Shown one piece after another: positions 1 to 13,934 of a stretch of 64,000 nucleotides of DNA. How positions within the stretch are numbered: position 1 is the stretch's first letter; every line of letters begins with the position of its first letter. The notes beneath the pieces were generated by a model. That model saw only the letters and a program-made list of their open reading frames with translations. It was not told where the DNA came from and searched no databases. Made by a program: the position numbers and the translations under genes. Origin of the DNA: Rhynchopus sp. YZ270_cl-10 (Eukaryota); contig OZ037833.1 in the NCBI GenBank assembly GCA_964035575.1, positions 434,001 through 498,000 of the forward strand, given 5' to 3'.

Positions 1-29
1 TTACTTCGGGGAGGGGACCGAAGGGGTCT

Positions 30-730
30 TTATGTGTCGCTCTTGACAAAACAATTCTGATACACAACACTACAAAGTGTGTCGAGGGGAGGGAAAACAG
101 GTGACCCTAGATTTAAGGGGCAGGACGGGGTGGGTGAGCCAGATGACACACCGCGAACAGTGGGGGTAGAACAACAGTCCAGTCTGATGGCTGCTTGCAC
201 CACTTCTTCTTGACGGAGCGCCTCCTGCAACTCTTCTAGGGGGCGAGAACCAAAAATTCTGCACAACGACTTCAGCGACTCGCAAGGTTTATCTGTCCCG
301 CTTAGCTCGCTCGCCAAGAAGCCGACAAGAGTTCTGAGGCGAGGTGTCACGTGGCTGTAGATGTCGGCCCCTGAGGAGGCCCGGGTATCACCAGGAGTGG
401 GGCATCGTTTCGCGGCTGGGGGTTGTGGACTATCCCTTTTCCCGGCCACGATGTGTTCCAACTTAGATTCGAGTTCATCCAAGTCTGTGGCGGTCACCTT
501 GTGGAAAGTGGACTCCACGCGTTCCAAAAACCCCTTGAGCCGGTACATCTCTTCTTCGTCGGAGGAGGCTGCTTCGTTCGCTTTCCTCACTTCCACCAGG
601 ATCGCCCCCAGCGTCGAGCCGTTCTGCGCCTTGCCGATTTTGGCCTGGAACGCCACCCACCGACCCGCACGGGACGCGTTCATCTTGCCGGAGAAGATGT
701 TGCCGATTAGATCGACAATCTGGTACGCCA
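30..730 (-). pseudogene. 3' part of an unknown protein-coding ORF, bounded upstream by AT-rich repeat-like sequence
   Basis: GC-rich, coding-like ~230 codons on the gene strand. Composition switches abruptly to AT-rich CGTAC-containing sequence at ~731. No recognisable family. Confidence 0.35.
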
Positions 731-1636
731 CAGTGTTCCACGTACATTTTTCAACGTACATTTTTCAATATTTTCAAAATATTGAAAATATTGATCAATA
801 TTTTCAATATATTGATCAATATTTTACTATTTTCCCACTGAAAAATACCATACAAAATAAATCAATATTTATCAATATTTTTAATATTTTTGTTTTTTTT
901 ACACGTACTTTTTGAAAATATTAAAATATTGAACTTTTTTCAAAAAACTATTATTAAATATATTTGCGAAGCCGTGTCCCAAGGAATTTTTTTTTTGATT
1001 GGGTTTCACCCAGGGTCACGTGGATCATGTGGACCACGTGGGATTTTTAAAGAATAGCCTTTTCCCAGCTATTTACTTTGTACTGTACGATTTGCGGATT
1101 TCCAACTATTCACCCTTTTCATCCACAAATAGCCGGTGTGCCCCTCCTTAATAGGTATTGCTATGTTACGCGAAAGATGTGGGGGAAAAACATCAGAAAA
1201 GAAATTGTGCATCGTGGTGCAACACACATCTAAATAAAAATGTGTTCATTTCTTTTTTTTCTTTTGATAAATTGCTTGGAGCAGTGTAGTTTTGCCTCTG
1301 GTTGTGTTTCCACAGTTTTTGTGCAAAATCTCCACTTTTTCCCTTTCTTTTGTTACTGTTGATATTGGGTTTTCTTTTGGGTTGATGCGGCTTTGTCATT
1401 TTTATTTTTTATTTTGCTTTTTTCGCAACACAAAAAACAAAAATCAAAAAGGAACACAAAAAGGGAAATCTTGAAAGGTGGACCAAGCCTCGTGCTTAGT
1501 AATCACTTCACAAAACGATTTAAAAAAAAAACCCCCCAGCAAAATCCCTTGAAAAATCTTTTCGAAGGCCCAGTTTGTTTGTTGTTGAACCACATCACAA
1601 AAAAAAAAGGGGGGAAAAAGCGTTTTGAAATCTTCA

Positions 1637-2749
1637 CACGGTTCGGAAAAGTACTTTTTTAAAAAGTGATATTTTTTGGTCAAAAAAAGTACTTTTTCAC
1701 TTTTCGAAAAAAAAAGTACTTTTTTTTTTTTCGTCAAAATTGTACAGGAAAAAAAAAAGTACTTTTTATTTTTCCGTCAAAAATTGTACGGAGAGAAAAA
1801 ATAAAAAGTACTTTTTTTTTTTCTGTACAAAAAATTTAGAACACTGGAAAAAAAAAAGTACTTTTTATTTTTTCTCTCCGTACAATTTTTGACGGGAAAA
1901 AAAAAAGTACTTTTTTTTTTTTTCCTCCGTACAATTTTTGCACCACGGCGTACGAAAGCGCTTGAAGCGTTTTTTTTTTTTTCGGGGGGAAAAAAAAGCA
2001 CTTTTCGCTTGATGAAAAAAAAAAAAGCGCTTTTTTTTTTTTGTGTGGGGTTTTTGGTAAGGCGTACCTGTTCTCATGATTTTTTGATATTTTGGTTGTT
2101 TTTTTGTGTTGGGGTCAGCCCCGCCGCCAGGATTTTTGAGGTTTGAAAAACTTCTGTTGGATGGTCCCAAAAAAACCCCCCTGCAATCGTAGCCTCCGGC
2201 AGAGAGAAGAATGTTCCCCAAGCACAGTCAGAGTTCCTCCGAATCAACGACATTCGCTCCTTCTCACTTCCCACCGGGCTGTTGTGCAGGAGGCATGTAC
2301 ATTGTACTCTTCCGTGGCCGGTGCAGGTGGCCGTCCACAAGCTGCAGTGGATGTCAGCCTTCTTATCAGCAAACAGCGGTCATGGCACCCAAAGGTTCCT
2401 GGCGAAGCCACGGTACGCAACATTTCTAAAAAATGTTGCCATAAAATGGCACTGCGTTTGTAATTTTTGTCAGAAAAATGCCCACAGCGGGAAATCGGCG
2501 ACTCGATAAATTTGGTTTGGGTCACTTGTAGTGTGGACTTAAACCCCCTTAACAAACCCCTTCAGGAAAAAAAAGCGCTTTTTCCTAAAAATTCAAGCGC
2601 TTTTTTTTTGAAAATTTCTCAAAAAACTCCTCGAAGCGCTTTCGTACGCCGTGTTGCACAGAAAAAAAAAAAGTACTTTTTTTTCTTCAAGTACTTTTTT
2701 TTTTTGGAAAAGTACTTTACTTTTGGGCAAAGTACTTTTCCGATCCGTG
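1637..2749. mobile_element. Non-autonomous TIR element (MITE), 6-bp TSD
   Basis: TIR CACGG(T/A)TCGGAAAAGTACTTT at both ends with 1 mismatch. TSD TCTTCA at 1631-1636 and 2750-2755. Many subterminal AAAAGTACTTTT motifs. Confidence 0.85.
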
Positions 2750-5700
2750 TCTTCAAATAAAATAGTAAATGCAGATGAACTTCAAGCCGATTAAAATTTC
2801 CTTTTTTTTTACGCCCACACAGTTTTGCTTTGGTCAAAAATTCGAATAATAAAATAAAAAATGCACACACGGAGAGAGGGAGGACGAGAGACCCCTTTGC
2901 TAAAAAGGGACTGACTACAGTGTTCATTTTCAAGTTGATGAACTTTTTTTTTTTTTTTGTTTTTTTTTTTTTTTTTTGTATAATTTGCAGGCTCTCCGCT
3001 AGGATTTCCGATTTTGAAAATATTCTGTTGATGGTCCACGTTGGTGGGGTACATGCTTGCGCCGCAGGCGCACGGTACGCAACTTTTTTTTTTACCAACG
3101 CCCGATTTTGACTTTTTTGGGACGTTTGAGCACTCACCTCTCCATATCTTCTTCTCCTGAGCTTTTTTGACAGGTAGAACGGGTCTGAACCACTTAGCAG
3201 AACTTTTTTTTTTTTTCTTTTTTTCCCCATTTTCAAAAAGTTCTGTTGACAATCAACAGAACTTTAGTACCTAGCGGAGTGCCTGATATTTTGTTATGTC
3301 GACGATAGTTAAAATACCCATCGGTGGGCAATTTTTCTCCCCATTTTCTTGTGAAAAGCATCCCCGAGGATGCTCCACAAATCCCCACTTTTTTTTCAAA
3401 AAAAACAAAAAACAAAGAACGAACGAACGGGGTCTGTGGGGGAAGGGGTAAAATTGTGAAAAAGATAAAATATGTTGTGCAAAAGGGGACGGGGCACGGC
3501 AGACAGGCACCAACAAGAAGGGGAAGGGAGGGGAGACAATAGAGATATTGGAACAATAAAATATGAAAGTATACCCCTCAACAAGGCAAAAAAAAAGGGG
3601 GGGTTATTTCCCCCTATATCACTCCTCTTCTTTTGGTGATAATTTGTTTTTGGTTTTAGCGGCTGGCATTCAGACAGCACCTTTTTTTTTTTGAAAATTT
3701 GGCAGTATTAGTGGACACCCGAGGATGAACTCCACGATATATTTTTTTGTTTTTGCATACAATTTCCTGAATATGTGCTTGCACACTAAATTGAGTGTTG
3801 CGATTGCGGGGGGTATGCATTTATTTTTAGCGTTTTGCTTTTGTTCGAGTTGAATCGAACACTGGGAGAAAAGGGGCAGTAGGGGGGGAAGGGGGGGGCA
3901 TTTTTCACCCGCCCTCCCTCCTCTAAATCGACTGTGTCATGCTGAGGACGGTTAACATGATAAACACATTGAGAAAAACACTGGTCACGTCATGACATAG
4001 CCATCCAATCATGGGAGGGAGAAGGAGAAAAAAAAATATTTTCTTTTTTTTTGCACACGACACATCAATTCGATGATGGGGTTCGGTACAAAAAAATGCA
4101 ATGTTGTTGTTGTTGTTGTTGTTGTTGTTTTTTTTTTTTGAAAAATATTGTTGGAATAGTGTAGTTGCCACATATACAAGCTCCACTGTCCCTAAAGTCA
4201 CTTTTTGAGTGCTTTTTTTTTCATTTTTACCTTGGGGGAATTGTAATGTAAGGGAGATAAAGAAAACTTAAAAAAGATGAACAGGGTGCTTCTGGCCTTG
4301 CTGTGCACATGAACACAATGCATCATTTTAGTAAGTAGCAAAAATCCCGCCTCTCAAAAAAAAATGTTTCATATACATTCTTTTCTGACGAAAAGAAGGT
4401 ACTCAAAAAAAAATTATGTTGGTATAGTCAAGAAGCAGTCGGAAGAATACAACTTCGAGCCATCTTTTTTTTTTGCAACAGATTTTGAAAAAAATTTCCA
4501 TTTTTTCACCCTCTCGAATTTGTATCTCAACCTCTACAGCAAAATAAGAAAAGAAAATAAGGGAGTTAAAGAATTTTGAACCAACCCTAGTCACAAATCT
4601 TCAACGCGGAAATGGTGGGAAGGGTGCAGGAAAATGAAAAAGAAAAAAAAATAATAATACTCGAACCATAACGGGGTTGGTGAAGTAGGGGGAGGGGAGT
4701 GAGGGAGTTTTTCCTAATTCAGCCCTTTTGAGGGGAAAGAGCTGAAGGTAAATAACATAAATATGTTCCATTGGAGAGAAAAAAAAATAGGTGCACATTC
4801 TTCAAAAAAGAGTGCAGTTGATAGTGGAATGTTTCAGCAGATGCAAAGGGCCATCCAAAAAAATACAATAAAACGATGAATGTACCATGTGTACAACACA
4901 CCCACAAAAAAAAAAAAACAAATCACAGAAAGGGAAATCATTTGTGAGTCAAGGAACTGAGGGTAGGGAGACTGACAATACGTTTTTTTTGAAGACTTGG
5001 TATTTTGTGTCGACACCCCCAAGGATGAGCTCACACTATTTAGGGGTGTGGAGAACAGAGGTTTTTTTACGGGGGGGTGGGGGGGGGTTTCACCCCCCCC
5101 CCACGATTTTTTTCCCGGCTTTTGGGGGGGTGAAAATAAAATTTTTTTTTGGAAAATAAAAAATAAAATCTTGATGGTGTTCTCTTACTCTCCCCCCGAT
5201 ACCTTTCTCGCGCCAAGAACCATCCAAGGGAGTTAGAGGGTGGGCGTGTTTTCCTAGAATTTGACGGACGGAGCTCGTAGAACCCAACGAGGAATGAGAA
5301 AAAAGGATAGGGCGAAATCATAAAAGTAGCGTACCGTGCGCCTGCGGCGCAAGCTTACTGTAAATTGTATGACATGGTACTGGGTACTTAACACAAAAAA
5401 GTGGACGGCATCTAAAAATTTCCGCCTGCGGCGCGGCAGCCCTTGACCCAGTTTCCCCCTTTTCTTGTTCAGTCGGCAGGATCACTTGGCCCTTACACTG
5501 ATGTTGACCAAAAGCCAAGAACTTGTCCATTTCGTCAAATTGACCCCACCACAGCGCGGACGGATTCCAAAAATCCCCCACGAACCAGCTTCTCCAGGGG
5601 CTTCGCGCGCGAAGCGCGCGAAAAATTTTGCAACCCGAAAAACACCTCACCCCCCCTAAGGTCAAAAAAACCGGTCCCAAAAAAAACCTCTGGTGGAGAA

Positions 5701-5842
5701 ACGGAAAAAAAAAACTCTTTCTTCTGTTTTCTGGTTCGATGTTGTGCGTATTTTTTTTTTCTGTAGCCTGCACGAAAAAAAAAAGGCGGATTTCCATTTA
5801 GTTCGCTCCCCCTCCCCCACTCTACCCTGCAACCCTATACAA

Positions 5843-5978
5843 TGGGGGTCCAGCCTCGGAGCTGGACCAAAAGCTGGAGGCACCAACTAGCGGGTGCGGC
5901 ACCCCCCGAAAAGCGGGTGTGGCCACATACGCTAGGTTGAGGCTCCCGTTTGACTCCAGCTCAGAGGCTGGACCTCCA
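5843..5978. repeat. Fold-back element (nested inverted repeats)
   Basis: GGTCCAGCCTCGGAGCTGGA versus TCCAGCTCAGAGGCTGGACC are 19/20 complementary, with an inner CTAGCG...CGCTAG stem. Confidence 0.7.
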
Positions 5979-6238
5979 CCCAATGCGCTACTTCGTTAAC
6001 GAAAACCCTCTTTTTTATCCTGACCCACCCACTCAGCTGCGCTCTCAGGAAAAACTCAGCTTCTTATTTTAAAATTTCTGGAGTCGACGGACTTCAAAAA
6101 AAGCGGGGAAGAAAAAAGAAACAATCAAAGATTCTTGAACATTTTTTTTTTTCCTTGATGGGAACTGTTGATAGTACGATGATACCCATTTTTCCGCGAG
6201 AATAAGATTAAAAAAAAGACAGAGGGGTCACCACTCTT

Positions 6239-6658
6239 CATGGATGTAGAAAGTACGTGACGAAAAAAAAGTACTTTTTTTCCAAAAATCGGGTTACGTG
6301 ATACTTCACGTACGTGACGTTTTTTGAAAAAAAAGTTTACGTGATTTACGTGATTTCGAAAAAAAAACAAAAAAAAGTACTTTTTTTTTCACGTGAAAAT
6401 CAACGTACGTGAAAATATTGGAGCGTTTTCGGCCATAAAAATGCCCGAAAACACCCGCATTTGCATTTCCGGAATCCGCCCATTCTGTGGTGGGGGATAT
6501 ACAGAAAAATGGACAAAATTTTAGTGACTAAAATTTTCACGAAATATGAACCCACACCCAAATGGGTAAAAAAGTACTTTTTTTTTTCATTTTTCGTCAC
6601 GTACTTTTTTACTTTTTTTTTTTTAAAAAAAGTACGTGAAGTACTTTCTACATCCATG
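6239..6658. mobile_element. MITE, 6-bp TSD
   Basis: Perfect 18-bp TIR CATGGATGTAGAAAGTAC. TSD ACTCTT at 6233-6238 and 6659-6664. Confidence 0.9.
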
Positions 6659-8770
6659 ACTCTTGCAAAAAAAAATTTTTTTTTTTTTTAAAGTTGAAAG
6701 TGCAAACCTCATCGGTCGACGCAGACACCAAAATAATTGGATTTTTTTTTGTAAACACTGCTCAAGTACTTTACGAGGTCGCCACTGAGGGGGAAAAAAC
6801 CTGGCGTCCTAACAAAACCCCCTTAACTTAAACCCTGGCTTAACTCTATGAGGGGAGAAAAAAAAAATGTAATCAAGATGCGCTTAGGGCTTCGTCACCT
6901 TAAAAATCAAAATTATTACGCATCCACTTGCCGTTTGAATAAAGAAAACAAAGACGAAAAAGGGGGTTTGGGGGGAAGAGTTTAATTCTTGAACGCATCC
7001 CCACACTCAGGTACACCTTTTTTTTTTATCACCAAACGCTGCTCACAATGTTGAACGAAAGAATTTTGACAATTTTCCTGATGAAGATGTAGTGTGTGTG
7101 AGTGAGATGGGGAGCACGGGAGGGAAAAAGACGACTCGTGGATACTGAAAAATTTCCTTAGAAATGCATACATGTCTTATAAAAAATAAATCCTTTTCTT
7201 GGGAGAGGGGAAAAGTGTCAAGTGTCGTTCCCTCAACCACCCCCCTTCCTGCAGTTGTTTGCTGCGTTGGCGCTTCCACACACACTATATCTCACCTGTT
7301 TGGGTGGTGGTGTTGCGGAGCACGGTTGGGGTGAGTGAACGACGTGACACTTTTCCGCTCACAAAATAGTAAAAAAAATAAAATAAAAAGTGGAAAACTC
7401 TGGGCCATTTTTGTACGCTAATATATTTTGGATTTTTGTTTTTCTCCAGTGGCTTTAGCCGTTTTTTTTTTGTGATCACGCTTTGAAGCATCAACTTTCC
7501 TTGTATATTGCATATCCCCAAAAAGAAATAGAGGTGGAGTTGGGGAGGGGGAGAAGGGTGCAAGTGCCTCAGGCGGACGTAGTCACCAGGGGGAAAAATA
7601 TAATAAAAGAAAGAAAAATAGTTTGTAAGATGAACCTACGCACTCAGTGCTTAGTAGCAATCTTACAAAAAGATTTTCTTTAAAAATACAACAGAAAAAT
7701 AAAATAAAAAATGACAACGATTAGAGAGGGGATAGTATGTTTGTTGGGGTTTTTTTTGTTATTTTTGCTTTTGGTAGACTTACTGAAACCAACACAACAA
7801 CAAAAAAAAGAAATTTTTTCTTTTGTCGGTTGTGTGGTAGCGACAAATCAATCAAGGTTAGGATTTTTTCTTTTTTTGTTTTGGTTTTGTTTTGCTGCTT
7901 TTTTTTTTTTGCTTTTTGCTATTTTTACCAGGGTTCATGGCTATGTAACTTCAGTGACCACTTCAGTTACATAATCATAAGGGGTACTAACTTGGTTTTA
8001 GAAGAAAAAAATCCAGAAGTGGGTCGCTTTTGGTGAAAATGGGGCTGACCCACTTTTTTTTCTTCTCAAGTGTTTTCTAAGGAAGAGGGTCAACTGGCCC
8101 AATAACCAACCACAGCTAGTCTCCCCTGATTTTTGCACCTACTCGGCCTTGCACACCATTTCGTTTTGCTTTTTTTTTTGAAAGCTTGGTTGTATTAGTG
8201 TTAGCCACCCTAGAGTGTGCTCCACAACACGCTTTTTGATTTTTTGATTTTGAAAAGTTGAGGTATGAAAACCAGAATAGCCGGTCGTTTGGGCTTCAAC
8301 GGGGCACCGTACGTTGCATATGAGTTACCAACCGAGAAGGGGAAGGGAGGACAGGGGGACACGAGAGAAAAAATGAAACACGTAAAAAACATAAGAAGGA
8401 ATACAAAGCCCTCTCGTGAACAGTGTACCCCAAAAAAAAAAAGAAAAGCTTGGTGGAAACACCACCCTAAAGGGGAAAAAAACAACCCTTTTTATTTCAA
8501 TACCACTAACGCGACAACGGTTCTTTTCCTTCGTCTTGGCAGCAATATAACTATATGACCTTCAAGCCTTTCTTTGACCACCTTTTTCACTTGAATTTGT
8601 GGTACTTTTATGAGCGTATGTTTTGGGATGTGACCTTTTCCCGATTATTTTTTATTCGGTTTTTCTTCTAAATGGAGTTCACCGTCGGTGCTGTGGGAGT
8701 TGTGTCTGCAAGCATGATCTGTGTTTTTGAGGTTGTTTTTTGAGGTTTCTGATATCGCTAGAAAGCATAC

Positions 8771-11700
8771 CCTGAAGTTGTGGTTTCTCACCATCGCGAC
8801 GGCCTGTGAAACCTGTATGCGGAGTGCCTGGGGGTCGTATAGCAGGGCGAGGATGGGCTGCGGGGTGTTGGACGCGACCTGTGTGCATTGCATTTTTTTT
8901 TTTTTTTTTGATAAATTGTTGGAGTAGAGTAGTTGCCTCGGTAGTGTTGCCACAGTTTTTGTGCAAATCTCCACTGTCCAAAAAAGTTCACTCACGAAAA
9001 AGGCCTCAGATCTCATCTCGGCCTTTCTTTTCAATAACATACCTCAAGGAGCATCCCGCACACCCTCGGAGCCAGCTGTCCCCCTGTGTACGGCAGAACG
9101 CGGGAGTACAACGCGTTTCCAAGCCACGTTGTGAACTCCTGCGGTGCTGCGGAGCTGGAGTAGACGACACCGGTGCCGGCACACTGCACGGAGGAGGCTG
9201 AGGGGCAGGTCCACTCTGGCTTGGGTGCGGCCATGGCGTAGACGGGCGGGGTTGCGACGGCAGCGACGGGTGTACCCGCATTTGGCACAACCTGCTGCGC
9301 ACCTTGCACACCACCCTGCACCACCTGCTGCCCAACCGGGGTAATCGTTGCCACCGCAGCCACACTACTGTACCCACCGGGGACCATCATCGGTGCCTGC
9401 CCTTGCCCCACCTGCACCACCCCTTGCACCCCCTGTACCTGCCCCTGGTACGTCTCTGGAAGAGAATTCAACGACAAATTCCCTGAATCTATGGAACACC
9501 TTCTTGGTCTTGCTGCATGCGGCGAGGGTGACGGGGATGGGGATGAATACCCCACGCTTGACCCTGCAGAGGATGGAGCGGAGTCTGTTTCGGGGGAGGT
9601 CCGCCCGGACGGTGCGTGGCTGACATGCAGTGCGGTGAGTTGCTGCTTGCCGTACGGCGCGCCGAATGGGGTAGAGTACTTAACAGTCACCTCCGCCACC
9701 TTGCTGGACACAGAGTATCCGATGACCTCCCCAACCACCCCGTTGAGGTGCGGGCGGTCGGACAGACCCTTCGCTGCAACGGCTGCACCAAGCGGGAGGA
9801 AGTCCTGCAAACTCAACAACTGCAACTCCTTCACCCCCACAGCAACCACACCAAGCTCTGCACCGAAATCCACCTCCGCCAGCACCCCACTGACCGCAGG
9901 CTTTCCTGGCGCGGCATATGACCCACCACGCACCTTAGTAATGACACCTCTTGCCCCTTTCGGAAGCTGTGCCTTTCTCTTCTTCTTTGTGATAGCAGAG
10001 TATTCGACGCACACACCGGCAACATGCTGTGTCGGGACTGCCTTTGCGAGAGATGCTGGGGGGACGGGATGCTGTAGAGGCGCGGGGGGGTCGCGCTGAA
10101 TGCGGTCGAAGAGAGAGCTGCCTGGGGTTTTGAGGGGTTTTTCTTCATATTTTTTTTGACTGTGCACCGGCTGCGGCTGCTGCGGCTGCGGAGGTTGCTG
10201 AGGAGGCTGAGGTGTCTGGGGCGGAAGGGAAGCGACAGAAACGGGAGGAGCCGGAGCCGGAGGAGAAGGAGGAGGAGGAGCGGATGCACTGATTCTCGCA
10301 AGCGCTGCCTGTTTGTCGGCAGCCTCCTGCGCCACTTTAGCCCTCTTCTCCTTTTCTTTGTCCTTCTCATCATAAAAGTAGTCCGAAGCCGCATTGTTGA
10401 AGACCCCAAAGAGGGCCTCGCGTTGTTCTGACAGACACGGCTGTACCGGCTGCTCCGGCTGCAGCCGCGGCTTTGCCTCTGCGCTTTCCTTTTCCTTTTT
10501 GATTTGCTCTGCTGTCAATGGAGGGTTGCTCACAATACTTTCATCCCTTCTTGTCGAGCTTTGGTAACAGTGTGCTGAGGTTACCCCGGGGATGTTGGGA
10601 ATCATTGATGGGAAGTAGCCTGACGGGTAGGGATACTGCATAGGCATGCTTGGAGGAGGAGGAGGAGGAGGAGGGCAGTACGCCAAGGGCGCGGGTGCAT
10701 GCGAGAGAGGTTGTGGAAGCGGTTGTGGAAGCGGGATCGAGATGGAGGTGTCGTAGGCGGAGTCGGTTTCACGGAGAAGTTCGAAGAGAAGCTCGGGAAC
10801 CCCGCTTGCATCATGCGCGCGGGAGTTGCGGGCACGAATCGCATTTAATATGTCAAATGCTCGGTGTGCCTGCGAAATGGTTGCCTGCCACTGCGTCGCT
10901 TGCGTCGCCCTCGACACATTGTTTGTGACATCTGCAGGGTCCTCTACCAAAAGAACCTCTCCCTCCTCTTCTTCCCCACGCTGCAAAAAGCAGCCCTGAA
11001 GCACAGAGCATTTCACCTCTGCGAGCGTCCCGTCGGATCCATAATGAGTTACGAAGCCAAAAAATGAAATCAAAATGTCCAGATCCGAAGGATGAACCTG
11101 CTCCGTCGGGGGAACAAAAACCTCCCGTTGACCATACGGTGGGAGAGTCCCACTCATCTGGCAATGGGTGATGTAGAGGAGCGACCAAGACACACTGTTT
11201 GGGAAGCCCTCGAAGGCCTTGGTGATATGCCGCGCCTTTGCCCATTGCTTGATAACGGAGAGCGGCGCTTTGACGCGGGGGTTGCGTTCGAGCAGATCCC
11301 TTACAACGGCATCACGCTTCCCACTAGAGGAGTTTCCAATACAAAGGTCCACCGGAAGACGTTTTTCTCCTTTACCATACGCAAGACGCACAATGGGAAC
11401 GGTAGCAGTGAAAACCTGCTCTTCCACGGAAAAGCCGTGCTCGCTGTGACAACCTCCAATCCCGCAGGCAATTTTGCGCAAAATGCGGACCTGCTCATCA
11501 CGCGCGATTTGCACCATATCTTCGGTATCGGAGCTGAATAGGATGGAGAGATCGAGGTCGCTCCCAGCAAGCGCGGTGCCTTGCGCAAACGATCCGCAGA
11601 CCATAAGACGCTGAACCAACCCGGTGTCGCTGTGCAAAATAGAATCTATCGCCTCTTCTAGTCGTTGCCTGCCTTCAAAATGGGTGCTTGGGGGTTGCAG

Positions 11701-11826
11701 CACCTTTTGCAGCTTATCCATATGCCTTTCAAACTCTGCATCTCTCCACACCGGTTGAAACATCGGCACAGCGGGCATCACATATTCACTATAATACGAT
11801 GCTGCCGCAGGAGGATACGGAGGCAT
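8771..11826 (-). CDS. Non-canonical poly(A) polymerase/TUTase (Cid1/TENT-like) with C-terminal MLLE (PABC) domain; exons 11826-9043 and 8878-8771 or further
   Basis: GSFAQGTALAGSDLDL plus PVDLCI catalytic motifs and PAP-associated VEDPADVTNNVSR. LGNALYSRV...CGMLLE joins via a GTATG...CAG intron (9042-8879) to ILALLYDPQALRIQVSQAVAMV. The 3' end is uncertain: donor at 8770 or read-on to 8645. Confidence 0.85.
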
Positions 11827-12922
11827 GGGAAAGAGAATACAAGAGGAGCAGCAGAGGAGTGAGGGGTGTGTCTCCCGACAAGGGGGGAGAAGCGGGGGGA
11901 GGAGGCACACAGAAGGTCGGGGTTTTTTTGTGTGCGCGAAAAAAAAGGGGGGTTTGGTTGGGGGGTGGGGGGGCGGTTTCAGTATGGGTGCCTGTGGAGT
12001 GGATGTGTGGGGAACGTGGAGTGATAAGTGATTAAGTGCAGTGAAATTCGTCAGGCAGATGATCATAAGCCAGAGGGGGGGGGGTGTTTCCGGGGGAAAA
12101 GAAGCACTGCTGGAGGTACGGAAGTGCGACCCTCCCACTCCCACTCGCCACGCCCTCAGCGGAGCCCTCCTGGAAAGCCCATCACAAAAGGGAAAAGATA
12201 GAGTACATGATAGATCTGTTGAAAGGGCTGTATGGAAGGCACGATGAGATCAGACTGGAGGAGCGGATCTGAAAAGGAGAAACAATCTCAGTTCTTGAAC
12301 GTGGTGGTGAATCATTGAATCACTGACGGCGGATGGAGCGAACCGCATCTCTTGAACTCAACTCCGTTTCTATTAGGCACCCCCTCTGTTGGGTTATTTT
12401 GCGTAACCCACAGCGACCTTTTATAATCAAAGATCGTTTGAACTACGAGATGCCCCCCAAAAAGATTTCACGACAAATCTTCGACAAGATCCGCACGACA
12501 CTTCGCACATCGTCACAGTTTTCTTCAAACTAAGGAAGGCGAGACAATTCGCGAGAAATCACCGAAAGAGAGCCGCAAAAAGATCCTTGATCGCAGTGTG
12601 TATAAGAAATACCCTATTCATCCTGCACGCCAAACCCAAGGGGAACCCCGAAGGAGGTTCACTACGCAGAGCACTTCAACCTCCTGAAGACCGAAGAGCA
12701 GAACGCCCTTTCCACCCTTTGGACCACGTCTGCCCTCAATCATGCGCACAAACTGAACCACAACTCTATAGAAGCCAAATACCACACGGTTCGGAATCAC
12801 CCCCCTTAAGAAAGTGGGCTACCTCTGTTGCATTTTTTGGTCCGAAGTCAGAAGATCGCATTTTGAGACAAATGGACGACCGGATGTGGCTGTACTACAT
12901 TTTTGTCATTGTACACGTCATT

Positions 12923-12986
12923 TGGTGTGGCTGACGACCCCGAAATAGCAGAAAATAGCACAAAAATAGCACCCCTTTTCAACACC
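12923..12986. repeat. Short copy of the TGGTGTGGCTGA/AATAGCA mini-element
   Basis: Shares TGGTGTGGCTGACGAC and AAATAGCA repeats with 38850-38983. Confidence 0.55.
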
Positions 12987-13389
12987 AACTTTGCTAATCA
13001 AACAACTTATTTCTCTTCTAAATCAGATTTCTTTGTCTGGGCTTCGCAGAACCGGGTCAAAAGGGGGAGCTGACGGAGATCTCCCTTTCTTCTATAAGGG
13101 ATGTGTGCTCATGATCACAGTTTCTTCCAGGAAGATTTTTTTTTTTTTTCTTCTTTTTTTCAAAAAATCTGAAAAAAAAAAAAAATAAAAAAGAAGATTT
13201 CTTCTTTTGGGAAAAATAAAAATAAAAAAAAATTTGGGGAAAAAATTTTGACGGGCCTCAGAGGCCTGGTCATATGGGCCAGTCTCCGAAGCACGCTCCA
13301 TTTACAACCAAGAGTGTGCCTTTGTACACCCTCTTCAGGTAAAAACCATCTGAGATGTGTAAAAACACCTGCCTCGCACAGTCCCAACA

Positions 13390-13700
13390 CAAAATTTTCC
13401 GCTCGCTGCGCTCGCGGAGGTACACCTTAAAAATTTTTCCGCTCGCTTCGCTCGCGGAAGTACCACCAAAATTTTCTCCGCTCGCTGCGCTCGCGGAAAG
13501 ACACCCCCAATGTGAACTGTTACGTGAAATAAAATAACGGGCGTGGAAAAATTTTTTTGAGCCTCCCCACGATTTCACAAAAACCCAAAATTTAGCGTCA
13601 GGCCCTGGTTTCCCCATTTTGCCGTGAATTTTCACACCTCTTCCAACTTTGTCAGGGAGGAGCGCGCGCGAAGCGCGCGCGACGACCGCTTGTGTGGGGA
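13390..13700. repeat. Degenerate TE-like region with three CCGCTCGCT(G/T)CGCTCGCGG motifs and CGCGCGAAGCGCGCG
   Basis: Three direct motif copies at 13399-13496. CAGGGAGG..CGCGAAGCGCG..GACGACCGCT is shared with ~52875 and ~56530. Confidence 0.5.
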
Positions 13701-13934
13701 GAAAGCTCGGAATGTACTTTTCTGAAGGGGGAAAAAAATCTTCTTCAAAATTCACACCCGAAGAAGGAGCGAAGAATCCCTGCTCATGATGCAAAAAAAA
13801 AAAAGATAAAATGGAGGGCGCTATTTTTTTCCCCCCTCGTATTTGAGTAGGGTTTATCTAGTGGTTGTACGCTTTAATTTCTCTTTGAAGCTTATTTTTC
13901 ATTACTTCTATTGGTAGTATATTGTGTTCAAAAA

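Noticed and set aside
900..8600. Numerous Lys/Phe-rich short ORFs
   Set aside because: Products of poly-A/poly-T tracts in intergenic DNA.
12150..12920. Coding-like plus-strand sequence
   Set aside because: Only short broken ORFs with no identifiable motif; may be a relic but cannot be supported.
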